Assembly: GCA_002683575.1 (NCBI GenBank)
Contig: NYTP01000134.1
Coordinates: 1-62,301, forward strand
From: Bermanella sp.
GTDB lineage: Bacteria > Pseudomonadota > Gammaproteobacteria > Pseudomonadales > Oceanobacteraceae
Length of the DNA: 62,301 bases
Direction of reading: 5' to 3'
The translations under genes and the position numbers were made by a program. Positions 28,076-37,702 of this stretch are shown here, piece by piece. Position 1 is the first letter of the stretch, and every line of letters starts with the position of its first letter. Below the pieces are notes generated by a model, which had not been told where the DNA came from, searched no databases, and saw only the letters and a program-made list of their open reading frames with translations.

Positions 28076-29551
28076 TTAGAAAAGAAATTTGTTTGTGATA
28101 GCCTCTAGCTCTAACGGGCTAGTAGGCTTTTTATTGCGCATTGCTGTTGATTTCGTTAGCTTCTCAAGCTTCGCAGCTCTTGCAGCCAACTCGTCTTGGC
28201 GGTATTGGATTGCGCGTACTTTGCTTATCTCTTTAGCAGCCTCGGCCAGCTTCTTCTCGCTACCTTGTGTGAAATGAACACCCCAGAACTCAACACCGTC
28301 GTCAGTTGTGAATGACTCGATTGTTGTTGGGTTGCCCAGCAGTCGGTATGCGTCAGCTTGGAACTCAGCTTGCTTGCGTGGACTAACGCGTGTTCCTGTG
28401 TAGCCAGCCTTCTTAACCATCTGCGCCACTAGGAACTCGATAGGGTCGAAGGTCATGTATGATGAGTAGACGCGAACTGGCGTGTCTAGCTCTACAAGGT
28501 CTAGCAACTTGCGGAACTCTGCTGCGTAGTGCTCTAGGTAGGCGTGTACGATACGTGTCTCACGTAGTAGCTTATCAACCTCTGTAACTTCGTCGTCGCG
28601 AACTGCGTTAGACATTGCAGCGATTGTTAGCTCCTCGCTTGTGTTATCCATTTTGTGTATTTGGTCGAGTACGTATTGCTTTCTACCCTCAAGGCGTTCG
28701 ATTTTGTTTGAGAAGTCGATGGCCTTGCGCATGCACTTGGTAGCGAATGGTATGCTCTTTTCTGGCATATCACCGATGTGTTCAACCACAAGCCCGTAGT
28801 TTTTATCCGCAATGGCTTTACCACGTAGTTGCTTCATGATTGCCCAAGCACCGTATTGAGCGCCTTGTGTCCACTCGTCAGGTGTTCTGTGTAGGCGGTC
28901 ATCAATCCACTCCTCTTTGCTCACGTCCTCGTACACAACCTTGCGTTCGCTATCCATCGCTTGTGCTACGTTGACCTTTTGCTTGCGTAGGTCGTGTTGC
29001 TGCATATCATGCACTAGCTCATTCTCTGCCAGCCATTCTGCGGCCTCATCGTCCTCCTCGTAGAAGCCAAGGTCTGCAAGGTCGTTAAGCTCTCCATCTT
29101 CTAAGAAGCCATCATCAAGGTCGTTGTTAACCTCGAACGTAGCCTCGATAGCACGTTGGAATGGATGAAGCTCGAACACGTAGTCGCCAAGCGTACTAAG
29201 CACTTGAGCATGTCCTTGATACTGTTTGAACAGCTCCTCAGCCCAATCAGCCACGCTGGTCACTGCGCTGCTCATCTTGCGTATTCTCTCGCTGTCTGCG
29301 TCCTTGATTGCCAGTGCCATTGACGTTGCGATAGTGTTGTCCGCTTGGCGCACCATCTTGTTTAACTCTGACTTGATAGCCCATGCGATACCACGTACCA
29401 CATAGTTCGTACGGTGGCCGTATACTGTTGATAGCTCATCTATTGCTAGCACTGCTTGTTTCGTTAGCTCTGAGGTTGACATGCTTAGCGCTGCTTGGCC
29501 GTTAGCTGTGAAACCTTTAGTGTCTGCGTTAGAGATAAGTACGTTTTTCAT
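28076..29551 (-). CDS. Large hypothetical protein, first gene of the leftward arm
   Basis: 491 aa, AAGG SD, no recognised motif. Confidence 0.8.
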   Translation of the reverse strand: MKNVLISNADTKGFTANGQAALSMSTSELTKQAVLAIDELSTVYGHRTNYVVRGIAWAIKSELNKMVRQADNTIATSMALAIKDADSERIRKMSSAVTSVADWAEELFKQYQGHAQVLSTLGDYVFELHPFQRAIEATFEVNNDLDDGFLEDGELNDLADLGFYEEDDEAAEWLAENELVHDMQQHDLRKQKVNVAQAMDSERKVVYEDVSKEEWIDDRLHRTPDEWTQGAQYGAWAIMKQLRGKAIADKNYGLVVEHIGDMPEKSIPFATKCMRKAIDFSNKIERLEGRKQYVLDQIHKMDNTSEELTIAAMSNAVRDDEVTEVDKLLRETRIVHAYLEHYAAEFRKLLDLVELDTPVRVYSSYMTFDPIEFLVAQMVKKAGYTGTRVSPRKQAEFQADAYRLLGNPTTIESFTTDDGVEFWGVHFTQGSEKKLAEAAKEISKVRAIQYRQDELAARAAKLEKLTKSTAMRNKKPTSPLELEAITNKFLF

Positions 29552-29793
29552 AATGTTTACCTTTTATGTTGTTGGGACTCCTAAGTAGGTTCAATGTCCC
29601 GATTTATGAATGACTCGAATCAAACTCGATCCGAACCGACCGCGCCTTCTGAGAGAAAGCACATACATATGAACAACCAACCACAGACACAGAAAACGCG
29701 GCCTTCGACCTAGGACAAAAAACAAACAAGGGGGGAGGGGCTTCACAGGGGGATTTGCCCATATTTTTTTCTAATTTTTTTGCTGTAAAACTT

Positions 29794-29808
29794 AACAGTG
29801 TTACTATT
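29794..29808. promoter_or_regulatory. Operator copy at the start of the late arm
   Basis: AACAGTGTTACTATT; degenerate second copy at 29818..29832. Confidence 0.7.
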
Positions 29809-29836
29809 AGGAAAAATAACAGTGAGGCTAATAATA

Positions 29837-30160
29837 ATGAAAACAAATGCCCTTGTTGAATCGTTGCGTAACACCGCCGTAGAGCTTATGAACACTGCCA
29901 GTGAACTTGAGACCAAGTACGTGGTTACGCCACGAAGCAACCCCCAAGAATTTAAACTCGTTATCCCGCTAGGCATGTTCGCTGGGACGGCGATTGACAC
30001 GCTTAACTTGAAACATGCGCCTAACGTAGCGTACGTCGGCGAGTGCCGTATGGGTGGCGTTGACTACAGCTCAGTGCGTATCCTCGTACGTGAACCTTTC
30101 GATATTGATATTGCTCAGTGGGAACTTGTTGGTGACAACACGTTAGTTTGGAGTGAGTAA
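29837..30160 (+). CDS. Hypothetical protein
   Basis: GAGG SD before ATG 29837; abuts terS. Confidence 0.7.
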   Translation: MKTNALVESLRNTAVELMNTASELETKYVVTPRSNPQEFKLVIPLGMFAGTAIDTLNLKHAPNVAYVGECRMGGVDYSSVRILVREPFDIDIAQWELVGDNTLVWSE

Positions 30161-30667
30161 ATGTCGGGGGAATATTCACTATCAACGCTTAGCGGGAGTT
30201 ATGCGTCGCTTGGCATTGCCCGCCTAACAGCACAAGAAGAAACCTACGTTCAACGCCGCACTCAGGGGATCAATCCTTCTGCGGCGGCTCGTGCGGCTGG
30301 CTATAAGTACCCAGCAAGGGCGGTGGCTGAGCTATCTGAACGTGAGGACATAAACCTAGCAATCTCTTACATGCGCGAAATGCAAAGGCAAGTTGCAGTC
30401 CAAGCGGGGGCTATTGAGTTCACCAAGGACGACGCAACAGCCCTATATCTTGAGGCGCATGCCAAGTCAGCGACAGCGATGGAAGAAATACGTGCGGTGG
30501 ATTCGCTCGTTAAGCTGCATGGCCTAGCAACACCTGAAAAAGTCGAAGTTAACATCACTAACCGTAGCCAGATGGAAACTATGGACGATGAGCAACTACT
30601 CAAAATGGCTGGACAAGATATTCAATTGTCGCCTGATGAGTATAAGGTGGCGCACGATGAGGACTGA
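30161..30667 (+). CDS. terS: Terminase small subunit
   Basis: LTAQEETYV...NPSAAARAAGY HTH; directly upstream of terL. Confidence 0.8.
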   Translation: MSGEYSLSTLSGSYASLGIARLTAQEETYVQRRTQGINPSAAARAAGYKYPARAVAELSEREDINLAISYMREMQRQVAVQAGAIEFTKDDATALYLEAHAKSATAMEEIRAVDSLVKLHGLATPEKVEVNITNRSQMETMDDEQLLKMAGQDIQLSPDEYKVAHDED

Positions 30668-32381
30668 GCATTGCCATGAATGTTTACGCACTGTTCCTCA
30701 CTTTGAAATGTATGACCAAAAACACTGCCTAAGTTGCGCAAAGCAGCTGGGAACGTTTGTGAGGCCATCTAACAAAGAGTCAGTGCAACGAATCGAACAT
30801 GAGTTCAAACGCGTCAGAGAGGAAGAAATAGAGGCGTTTAACGTAGAGCTTGAGGCTAGGAAAGAGCTTGCTGAACGTGAGCTGGTTCGTCGTCGTCTTT
30901 TACCCTTCATTAAGCGGCATAATGACGCTTACATGCCCGGCTGGGTTCATGCCGATATTTGTATGCGGCTTGAGAAATTCGCGCAGGACATTGAGAACGG
31001 CCTATCGCCACGGCTGATGATTACGATGCCACCGCGACACGGTAAGTCGGAAATAGGCTCTAAAACATTCCCTAGCTGGTACTTAGGCCGTAACCCTACG
31101 CATGAGGTTATCACCTGTTCGTACTCGGGCGACTTAGCAGAGGACTTTAGCCGTAAGTGTCGTGACCTACTGGACACCGACAAGTTCAAGGCAGCATTCA
31201 AAACACGTCTATCGCCAGACACCAAGAGCGTTAAAAAGTGGATGACTACAGAAGGTGGTGGCTTCACTGCGGCGGGTGTAGGTGGTCCGATAACGGGTCG
31301 TGGTGCGCACTTAGGTATCATTGACGATCCCGTAAAAAACCGTGAAGAAGCTGAGTCGGAAGTTACCCGCCAAAAGGTAAAAGATTGGTACTCATCGGCA
31401 TTCTACACGCGTCTTGCACCAGGGGGTGGTGTGCTGATAATTCAGACTCGCTGGCACGATGATGACCTTGCGGGTTGGCTGTTAAACGTATTTGAGGAAG
31501 CGAAAAAAGAGGCTGAGGAGAAGGGCGAACCTATCCCAGAGGACGTAGACCAATGGGATTTGGTTGAGTACCCAGCTATCGCGACACAGGACGAAAAGTA
31601 CCGTAAGAAGGGCGAGGCGCTACACGAGGAACGCTATCCGTTACCCGCGCTACGTCGTATAAAACGTGCCATGATACCGCGAGATTGGGAGGCGCTTTAC
31701 CAGCAAAGGCCAGTGTCTGAGGACGGTGACTTCTTCACGCGTGATATGTTCCGCTACTACAAGATTGGCGAGCTACCACCGTTGGAGGACATGCGTCTGT
31801 ATGCAGCGGCTGATTTGGCTATCTCTACAAAGCAAACGGCTGACTACAGTGTGTTTGTGGTAGTCGGTATCGACCGTAAGCAGAATATTTGGATTGTTGA
31901 CCTGATACGTGGCCGATGGAACTCGTTGGGTATCATTGACCGTATGTTTGAGATTCAGACGAAGTATAACCCTGAGCTGTTTGGTATCGAGACAGGCCAG
32001 ATTGAGCTAACGCTAGAGCCGTTCATTCAAAAGGCCGAGCAGGAACGTGGTATCTCACTTCGCTACGAGAAGCTTAGAACACGCGGCGCAGACAAAGGTA
32101 CACGTGCTAGGCCGATACAGGGTCGTATGGAACAGGGCAAGGTTATTTTCCCTACCATAGAGTCGACACCGTGGATGAGTTCGCTACAGAACGAGCTACT
32201 TAAGTTCCCGTTAGGCGCTAATGATGACCAAGTGGATGCGTTGGCTTGGATTGGTCAAATGCTCATGCTATTTGGTATTCGTAACGAGAAGAAGCCCAAG
32301 CCTAAAAAGTCGTTTAAGGACAAATTGCGTAAGTTTGGCGGCGGCACTAGAGGCCGTCATAAAAGCGGTATGGCTGCTTAG
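30657..32381 (+). CDS. terL: Terminase large subunit
   Basis: MPPRHGKS, GIIDDP, IQTRWHDDDL, ALYQQRP, DLA...ADYS, FPLGANDDQVDA; start at ATG 30657. Confidence 0.95.
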   Translation: MRTEHCHECLRTVPHFEMYDQKHCLSCAKQLGTFVRPSNKESVQRIEHEFKRVREEEIEAFNVELEARKELAERELVRRRLLPFIKRHNDAYMPGWVHADICMRLEKFAQDIENGLSPRLMITMPPRHGKSEIGSKTFPSWYLGRNPTHEVITCSYSGDLAEDFSRKCRDLLDTDKFKAAFKTRLSPDTKSVKKWMTTEGGGFTAAGVGGPITGRGAHLGIIDDPVKNREEAESEVTRQKVKDWYSSAFYTRLAPGGGVLIIQTRWHDDDLAGWLLNVFEEAKKEAEEKGEPIPEDVDQWDLVEYPAIATQDEKYRKKGEALHEERYPLPALRRIKRAMIPRDWEALYQQRPVSEDGDFFTRDMFRYYKIGELPPLEDMRLYAAADLAISTKQTADYSVFVVVGIDRKQNIWIVDLIRGRWNSLGIIDRMFEIQTKYNPELFGIETGQIELTLEPFIQKAEQERGISLRYEKLRTRGADKGTRARPIQGRMEQGKVIFPTIESTPWMSSLQNELLKFPLGANDDQVDALAWIGQMLMLFGIRNEKKPKPKKSFKDKLRKFGGGTRGRHKSGMAA

Positions 32382-32387
32382 CGTTTA

Positions 32388-32416
32388 TTGAGAATTAACA
32401 GTGCTACTGTTATTAT
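32388..32416 (+). promoter_or_regulatory. Rightward promoter with operator in the spacer
   Basis: TTGAGA-17-TATTAT; AACAGTGCTACTGTT at 32397..32411. Confidence 0.72.
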
Positions 32417-32458
32417 TGGCTAACAGTAAATAATAATAACAACAACAGGTCGTGAAAC

Positions 32459-32680
32459 TTGGACGCTGAAACTATAAAACAGATAATCGCGTTAGGCTCG
32501 CTTTTTGTGGCCGTGATTGGCTTGTGGCATAAGCTAGTCATACTACCCATCAAAGAGGAGCTGAAACTCAACGCGACAAGTATCCGCACACTCGAAATTG
32601 ACAGTGCGAAGCTGGATACAACGCTCACAGCGCTTACTAACGCAATTGACCGACTAACCGATAGGTTGGACCGTGAATGA
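32459..32680 (+). CDS. Small TM + coiled-coil protein, holin-like candidate
   Basis: One N-terminal TM helix and a heptad C-terminus; ATGA overlap with the portal gene. Confidence 0.5.
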   Translation: MDAETIKQIIALGSLFVAVIGLWHKLVILPIKEELKLNATSIRTLEIDSAKLDTTLTALTNAIDRLTDRLDRE

Positions 32681-34806
32681 GTAGAAATAAGAAAAGAGAC
32701 CCGAGGGTTGTTGCTCGTGATAATCAGACCCGATTTGAGGAAGCGAACAACACCAAGCATAAGGACTTTATCAAACGCGCTGTGCGTAACAACAACTTTT
32801 ACGCAGGTGATCAGTGGAACAAAGAGGATAAAGCCCGCCTAGACCGTGAAGGCCGACCAGCCTTGACGCTTAATATGATCTTATCAACGGTGAACGCCAT
32901 CATAGGTGAGCAGCTTGAGCGTAAGGTTGAAGTTGTCTACCGACCGCGTGACTACGGCGATGAGGGCACTGCGTTCGCGCTTAATGCCATCACCCGCAGT
33001 ATTCTTGCGGTAACGCACTTCGACGATACCGAAGAAGATGTGTTTGCTGATGGCCTAATCACAGGCCGTGGGTACTATGACGTTCGCATGAGTTTCGAGA
33101 AGAACCTGCAAGGTGAGGTTGTTATCACGTCTGAGGACCCTATTGACGTTATCCCTGATAGTGAGGCTAAAAGCGCAGACCCGTCTACATGGAACGAGGT
33201 GTTTATCTCACGTTGGCTAACGCTTGACGAGATTGGTGCTTCATATGGCTGGGAGAAGGTCGAGGGCTTAGAGCGCCTAGTTGATACTAGCAGCTATAAC
33301 ACGGACGATAACTTCGAATACTTTGAAGGCACGTTTGGTGGCACAAGCCGCACGACAACGATGGACGAGAAGGACAGCCGTCAGCTAAGACGTGTTCGCG
33401 TTATTGAGCGCCAGCACTTTGAGGTAGATGAGCAGTACCACTTTGTCGATATGACTACGGGTAACATGCGACCTGTACCGTTTGGCACTGATAAAGAAGA
33501 AATGGAGGCGTTCGCAGAGCAGTATGGCCTTGAGCTAATTAAGCGTAAAGGTCGCCGAGTGCGAATGACTGTTACAGCGGATGACATTCTGCTGCATGAT
33601 GATTGGTCTATCTACCGCTCATTTACTATCGTGCCTTTCTTCCCGTACTTCCGCCGAGGTAATCCGTTTGGCCCTGTAGATAATCTAATCGACCCACAGA
33701 ACCTACTGAACAAGACCAGCTCGCAAGAGTTGCACATTGTTAACACGACGGCTAACAGTGGCTGGGTGGTGCAGGAGGACTCACTGGTCGATATGGACGC
33801 TGAGGACTTAGAGGAACGCGGTGCTGAAACTGGCCTAGTGCTACAGTACAAACGTGGGTATGAGAAGCCGGATAAGATTCAGCCGAACCAGATACCAACG
33901 GGCATCGACCGTATCTCACAGAAGGCCGCTGCAACTATCCGTGAGATATCATCGGTTAATGCGTCAATGCTTGGTACGGCTCGTGCTGACCAGTCAGGCC
34001 GTGCGCAGGAGGCCGCTGTAAGTCGTGGTCAGATTCAGGTGTCGGTAATCGTGAGTAACCTTAAACGTGCCCGCCGTATGGTTGGCCGTAAGGTGCTTGA
34101 GCTGGTTCAAGACTTCTACAGTGAGACTCGCTACTTTAAAGTGACGGGTAGCAGTATCCTTCAGGGCGAGGAGCGCACGGAGGAGGTCGGCATTAATGTG
34201 CCAGATGAGGACGGGAACATAATCAATGATGTGACCATTGGCGATTATGACGTTGAGGTAAGCTTTAGACCTTCGGGCGGTACAATGGCCGACCAAGAGT
34301 TTGAGGAAGCGTTGCGCTTGCGTGAAATGGGCGTTGCTATCCCAGACCATGTTATTGTCCAGCACTCGAACCTTACTAAACGTGGTGAAATTGCCGAGTT
34401 CCTTAAAGAAAGCCAGGGCTTCGGTGAGCCGAGCGAAGAACAAGCAGCGCTTGAACAGATGCAGATACAGCACCAAATCAACATGCTGCGTAAAGAGCTT
34501 GAAAAAGTTGATGCAGATATTGATGTGGCACTGGCGACGGCTAAAGAGAAAATGGCTAAGACTGACTCGCTAAGTGGCTTCAACCAAGCGCAAATGGAGC
34601 TACGACGACTCGAACAAGAACGTGTGGCCAAAGAGCAGGAGCTATCACTTCGCATTGCTCTGGCGGCTAGAGGCCATCAGAATCAGAATGCTATGAACGA
34701 TAAGCGTATTTCTAGCCAAATCGCTATGAAATCTATGGATATGGCGTATAATGCGTCGAATAAAGATAACAGTAACACTAATAAAAATAATAACAGAGGT
34801 GACTAA
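32677..34806 (+). CDS. Portal protein (P22/933W/N4-like)
   Basis: FYAGDQW...GRPALTLN, PQNLLNK, GDYDV and helical C-terminal barrel; synteny. Confidence 0.9.
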   Translation: MSRNKKRDPRVVARDNQTRFEEANNTKHKDFIKRAVRNNNFYAGDQWNKEDKARLDREGRPALTLNMILSTVNAIIGEQLERKVEVVYRPRDYGDEGTAFALNAITRSILAVTHFDDTEEDVFADGLITGRGYYDVRMSFEKNLQGEVVITSEDPIDVIPDSEAKSADPSTWNEVFISRWLTLDEIGASYGWEKVEGLERLVDTSSYNTDDNFEYFEGTFGGTSRTTTMDEKDSRQLRRVRVIERQHFEVDEQYHFVDMTTGNMRPVPFGTDKEEMEAFAEQYGLELIKRKGRRVRMTVTADDILLHDDWSIYRSFTIVPFFPYFRRGNPFGPVDNLIDPQNLLNKTSSQELHIVNTTANSGWVVQEDSLVDMDAEDLEERGAETGLVLQYKRGYEKPDKIQPNQIPTGIDRISQKAAATIREISSVNASMLGTARADQSGRAQEAAVSRGQIQVSVIVSNLKRARRMVGRKVLELVQDFYSETRYFKVTGSSILQGEERTEEVGINVPDEDGNIINDVTIGDYDVEVSFRPSGGTMADQEFEEALRLREMGVAIPDHVIVQHSNLTKRGEIAEFLKESQGFGEPSEEQAALEQMQIQHQINMLRKELEKVDADIDVALATAKEKMAKTDSLSGFNQAQMELRRLEQERVAKEQELSLRIALAARGHQNQNAMNDKRISSQIAMKSMDMAYNASNKDNSNTNKNNNRGD
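34768..34782. promoter_or_regulatory. Operator copy in the portal 3' end
   Basis: AACAGTAACACTAAT. Confidence 0.6.
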
Positions 34807-34808
34807 TA

Positions 34809-35855
34809 ATGGCTGCAAACCGTAACCTTGATGGACTTAACGCAACATCGGCAATTCTTGATGATTACACGCCACCTACGCCAGAGGAGCGTGGCGACTT
34901 CGTTGAGGACGATGAAGCCCCTGCGGACGACGTTGTTGATGAGCTTGAGGACGATGACGAAGAATCAAGCGAGCTTGAAGAAGAATCGGATGAAGATGAA
35001 GAAGAATCGGACGGAGATGAAGATGAGTCTGAGTCTGAGTCAGAGGGCGAGGGTGATGTGGATGGTGCTGAAGGCGAGGAGGAAGAGCCTGCTGAAAAGC
35101 CTTCTAAGGGCGCTAAAGGCCGACGTGTACCACTCGAACGACTAAACAAGGAGATTGAGAAACGCCGCAATCTTGAGTCTGTAGTACAAAGCCTCCGTAC
35201 AGAGATCGACGCGTTGAAGGGCGCTGGTAGCCAAGAATCGCAAGGCGAACAGCAAGCTGATCCTGTTGGTTTCACCCGCGAGGAGTTTGAGGGTATGCAG
35301 GAGGCTATGCTTGACGGCGAGACTGATAAGGCTTTCGAGTTATTCGGCAAAATGATGGCTAGCCAAACTCAAGCGATACAGGCCAAAGCTGAGCAAGAAG
35401 TATCAGAACGCGTACGAAATGAGCTTAACCAAGACCGTGCAATGTCTGAGTTGCAACAAACGGCGCAGGCGTTAGCTGAAAAGTACCCAGAGCTTGATAG
35501 CGCTGGTGACGAGGCGGACGAAGGTCTGATTGAAGAAGTGGTGGAAATGCGTGACCTGTACGTTGATCGTGGTCTATCGCCAGCCGAAGCGCTTAAGAAG
35601 TCAGTTCGCTTAGTTGCCCTTGAAAATGATTTAGTTGACCGTACAGCTAAACCTAAAGCAGATATGGCTAAGCCTACGAAGAAAACTAACACTAAGGCCA
35701 AGCTAGCTGCGGCCAAGAAAGAGCGTGGCAAGCTGTCGGGCACAGGTGGTGGCAATAGTCGCCCTGATATTGATATTTCACGCATGTCAGACGACGAGTT
35801 TGCAGGTCTTAGTGCTGAAGCTAAAGCTCGTGCAAGAGGAGACTACGTAGAGTGA
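34809..35855 (+). CDS. Head scaffolding protein
   Basis: Very acidic N-terminus, VPLERL...coiled coil, DISRMSDDEF C-terminus; between portal and capsid. Confidence 0.8.
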   Translation: MAANRNLDGLNATSAILDDYTPPTPEERGDFVEDDEAPADDVVDELEDDDEESSELEEESDEDEEESDGDEDESESESEGEGDVDGAEGEEEEPAEKPSKGAKGRRVPLERLNKEIEKRRNLESVVQSLRTEIDALKGAGSQESQGEQQADPVGFTREEFEGMQEAMLDGETDKAFELFGKMMASQTQAIQAKAEQEVSERVRNELNQDRAMSELQQTAQALAEKYPELDSAGDEADEGLIEEVVEMRDLYVDRGLSPAEALKKSVRLVALENDLVDRTAKPKADMAKPTKKTNTKAKLAAAKKERGKLSGTGGGNSRPDIDISRMSDDEFAGLSAEAKARARGDYVE

Positions 35856-36052
35856 TGGTCGAGCCAAACGAGACCCTGTGGCTGACCTACATTTGGATCT
35901 TTATAGCGGCACCACTGATTGTCCGCTATTTAGACCCATCGGTCGATAGTTACCCTAAGCGAGTCATCATAGGCTCAATACTCTCGGGGTGCATGATTGC
36001 CGTGGTGTTCATTCTAGCTCTGGTAGTGTCCGTCATTGGACTTGTGGCCTAG
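35852..36052 (+). CDS. Small two-TM membrane protein
   Basis: 66 aa with two hydrophobic stretches. Confidence 0.6.
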   Translation: MMVEPNETLWLTYIWIFIAAPLIVRYLDPSVDSYPKRVIIGSILSGCMIAVVFILALVVSVIGLVA

Positions 36053-36056
36053 CAGC

Positions 36057-36085
36057 AAAAAGCCGACTTAATCGTCGGCTTTTTT
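36057..36085. terminator. Bidirectional intrinsic terminator
   Basis: AAAAAGCCGAC-TTAATC-GTCGGCTTTTTT. Confidence 0.85.
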
Positions 36086-36211
36086 GTCCCTCTCAGAACG
36101 CTTTTTCCTTGCTTGTCGTTTAGCCCTAGATTGCTCTAGGGTGTTAAAGCTTTTAGCAAGTGCGTCTATGTCGGAAGGTATTGTTTTCCCTTTTCCCTGC
36201 GGCACTGTCAT
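36068..36211 (-). CDS. 47-aa basic protein on the opposite strand to the late operon
   Basis: AAGGGGG SD before ATG 36211; ends within the terminator. Confidence 0.5.
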   Translation of the reverse strand: MTVPQGKGKTIPSDIDALAKSFNTLEQSRAKRQARKKRSERDKKADD

Positions 36212-36284
36212 TACCCCCTTGTAATTTAATGATGCTCCCCCGCAACTATGGTAGCAGACGCGAGCTTTAATCACAGTTCGTTTT

Positions 36285-36327
36285 AACAGTGTTACTGTTT
36301 ACATTATATATTAGTAATTGCTATAAT
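36285..36327 (+). promoter_or_regulatory. Capsid promoter with operator
   Basis: Perfect operator 36285..36299; TTTACA then extended -10 TGcTATAAT. Confidence 0.72.
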
Positions 36328-36508
36328 TACTGTTATCCAAGGTGATACCTTGTCAATCAATCCTGCCCCACAGCTCAGTTATGCCGTGCATTCATTTCGA
36401 TAGACCCACGTTACGGGACGACTCAAAACATTTGGATTTAATAAGTCCACTGTTAGTCGTTTCGCGACAAAGCCAACGGCTCAGGGACTAACGAAGGGTA
36501 TGCTTTAA

Positions 36509-37648
36509 ATGGCAAAGACTAATTTCTCAGCGTTAGACGACGACGCTAAAAAAGTATGGTCACGTGATACGTGGCATCAGGCACGTGAAAAAATGTTCGT
36601 GTCGAAGTTCATGGGTTCAGGCCAGAACGCAATGATTCAACGCATTACCGAGCTAACTAAGTCAGAGCGCGGTACAGAAGCGATTGTGACATTAGTACCA
36701 GATATGCACGGTGACGGTATCGTTGGTGACAACGAATTAACCGGAAACGAGGCAACGCTAACAGCTCACCAAGATAAGGTTGAGGTTGACCAACTTCGTA
36801 ACGCGGTTAAAAACACCGGTAAATTAAACGACCAAAAAACGGTTGTTAACTTCCGTGAACAAGCTCGTGACCAGCTAGCTTACTGGCTATCAGACCGTAT
36901 GGACCAAATGACGTTCCTACAATTAGCGGGCTTAGACTTCGCGCAAACTAACGATGGCCGAGTACGTCCTGGTCAGGGTGCGAATGACGACAACCTTTCA
37001 GACTTAGCGTTCAACACGGCAGGTGGTTTAGCACCAACTTCTGAGCGCCACCTAATGTGTCTTAAGGGCGGCAAGGTAGTTGATGCAGATACTACTGCAA
37101 TCACTGCTGACGACAAGCTGGGCTATGACCACATCGTACGTTTACAAGCGATTGCTAAGACTCGCTATATTCGTGGTATCCGTGGTAACGGCGGTTCAGA
37201 GGTGTACCACTTATTCTTACACCCAATGGCATTAGCGACGTTGAAGCTAGACCCAGACTTCAAAGAGAACGCACGTCATGCAGGTGTTCGCGGTGATAGC
37301 AATACGCTATTTGCGGGTGGTGAGTCTTACATTGTTGACGGCCTACACATCCACGAGTTCCGCCATGTACCAACTACTTTAGGTGCAGATAGTGGCTCTA
37401 AATGGGGTGTTGACGGTACTGTTGACGGCTGTATGGGTCTGTTATGTGGTGCTCAGGCGCTAGGTTTCATTGACCTAGATACTGCGTCTTGGGATGAGCG
37501 TGATCACTTCGACTACGGTAACAACTACGGTATTGCTTACGGCAAAATCTTCGGTATGAAGAAAATGCAGTTCAAGGACGCTAAGAAATCAGCGGACCGC
37601 AATGTTAAGCAAGACTACGGTGTTTTACGTATCGACTTCGCTATCTAA
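36509..37648 (+). CDS. Major capsid protein (N4-gp56/DUF4043-like)
   Basis: GIVGDNELTGNE, DQLRNAV, NFREQARDQL, LCGAQAL, DYGN, DYGV; synteny. Confidence 0.9.
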   Translation: MAKTNFSALDDDAKKVWSRDTWHQAREKMFVSKFMGSGQNAMIQRITELTKSERGTEAIVTLVPDMHGDGIVGDNELTGNEATLTAHQDKVEVDQLRNAVKNTGKLNDQKTVVNFREQARDQLAYWLSDRMDQMTFLQLAGLDFAQTNDGRVRPGQGANDDNLSDLAFNTAGGLAPTSERHLMCLKGGKVVDADTTAITADDKLGYDHIVRLQAIAKTRYIRGIRGNGGSEVYHLFLHPMALATLKLDPDFKENARHAGVRGDSNTLFAGGESYIVDGLHIHEFRHVPTTLGADSGSKWGVDGTVDGCMGLLCGAQALGFIDLDTASWDERDHFDYGNNYGIAYGKIFGMKKMQFKDAKKSADRNVKQDYGVLRIDFAI

Positions 37649-37655
37649 GTTGGGT

Positions 37656-37682
37656 TAAGGGAGTGAGTCGACCACTCCCTTA
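37656..37682 (+). terminator. Hairpin after the capsid gene
   Basis: TAAGGGAGTG/CACTCCCTTA 10-bp stem, no clear U-tract. Confidence 0.5.
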
Positions 37683-37702
37683 CATATGCAAGAGAATTAC
37701 AA

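Noticed and set aside
36452-36492. c-di-GMP-I riboswitch resemblance (GACAAAGCC...GGCT)
   Set aside because: Upstream GGCAAAC element and GNRA-capped stem not found; kept only as a generic structured leader
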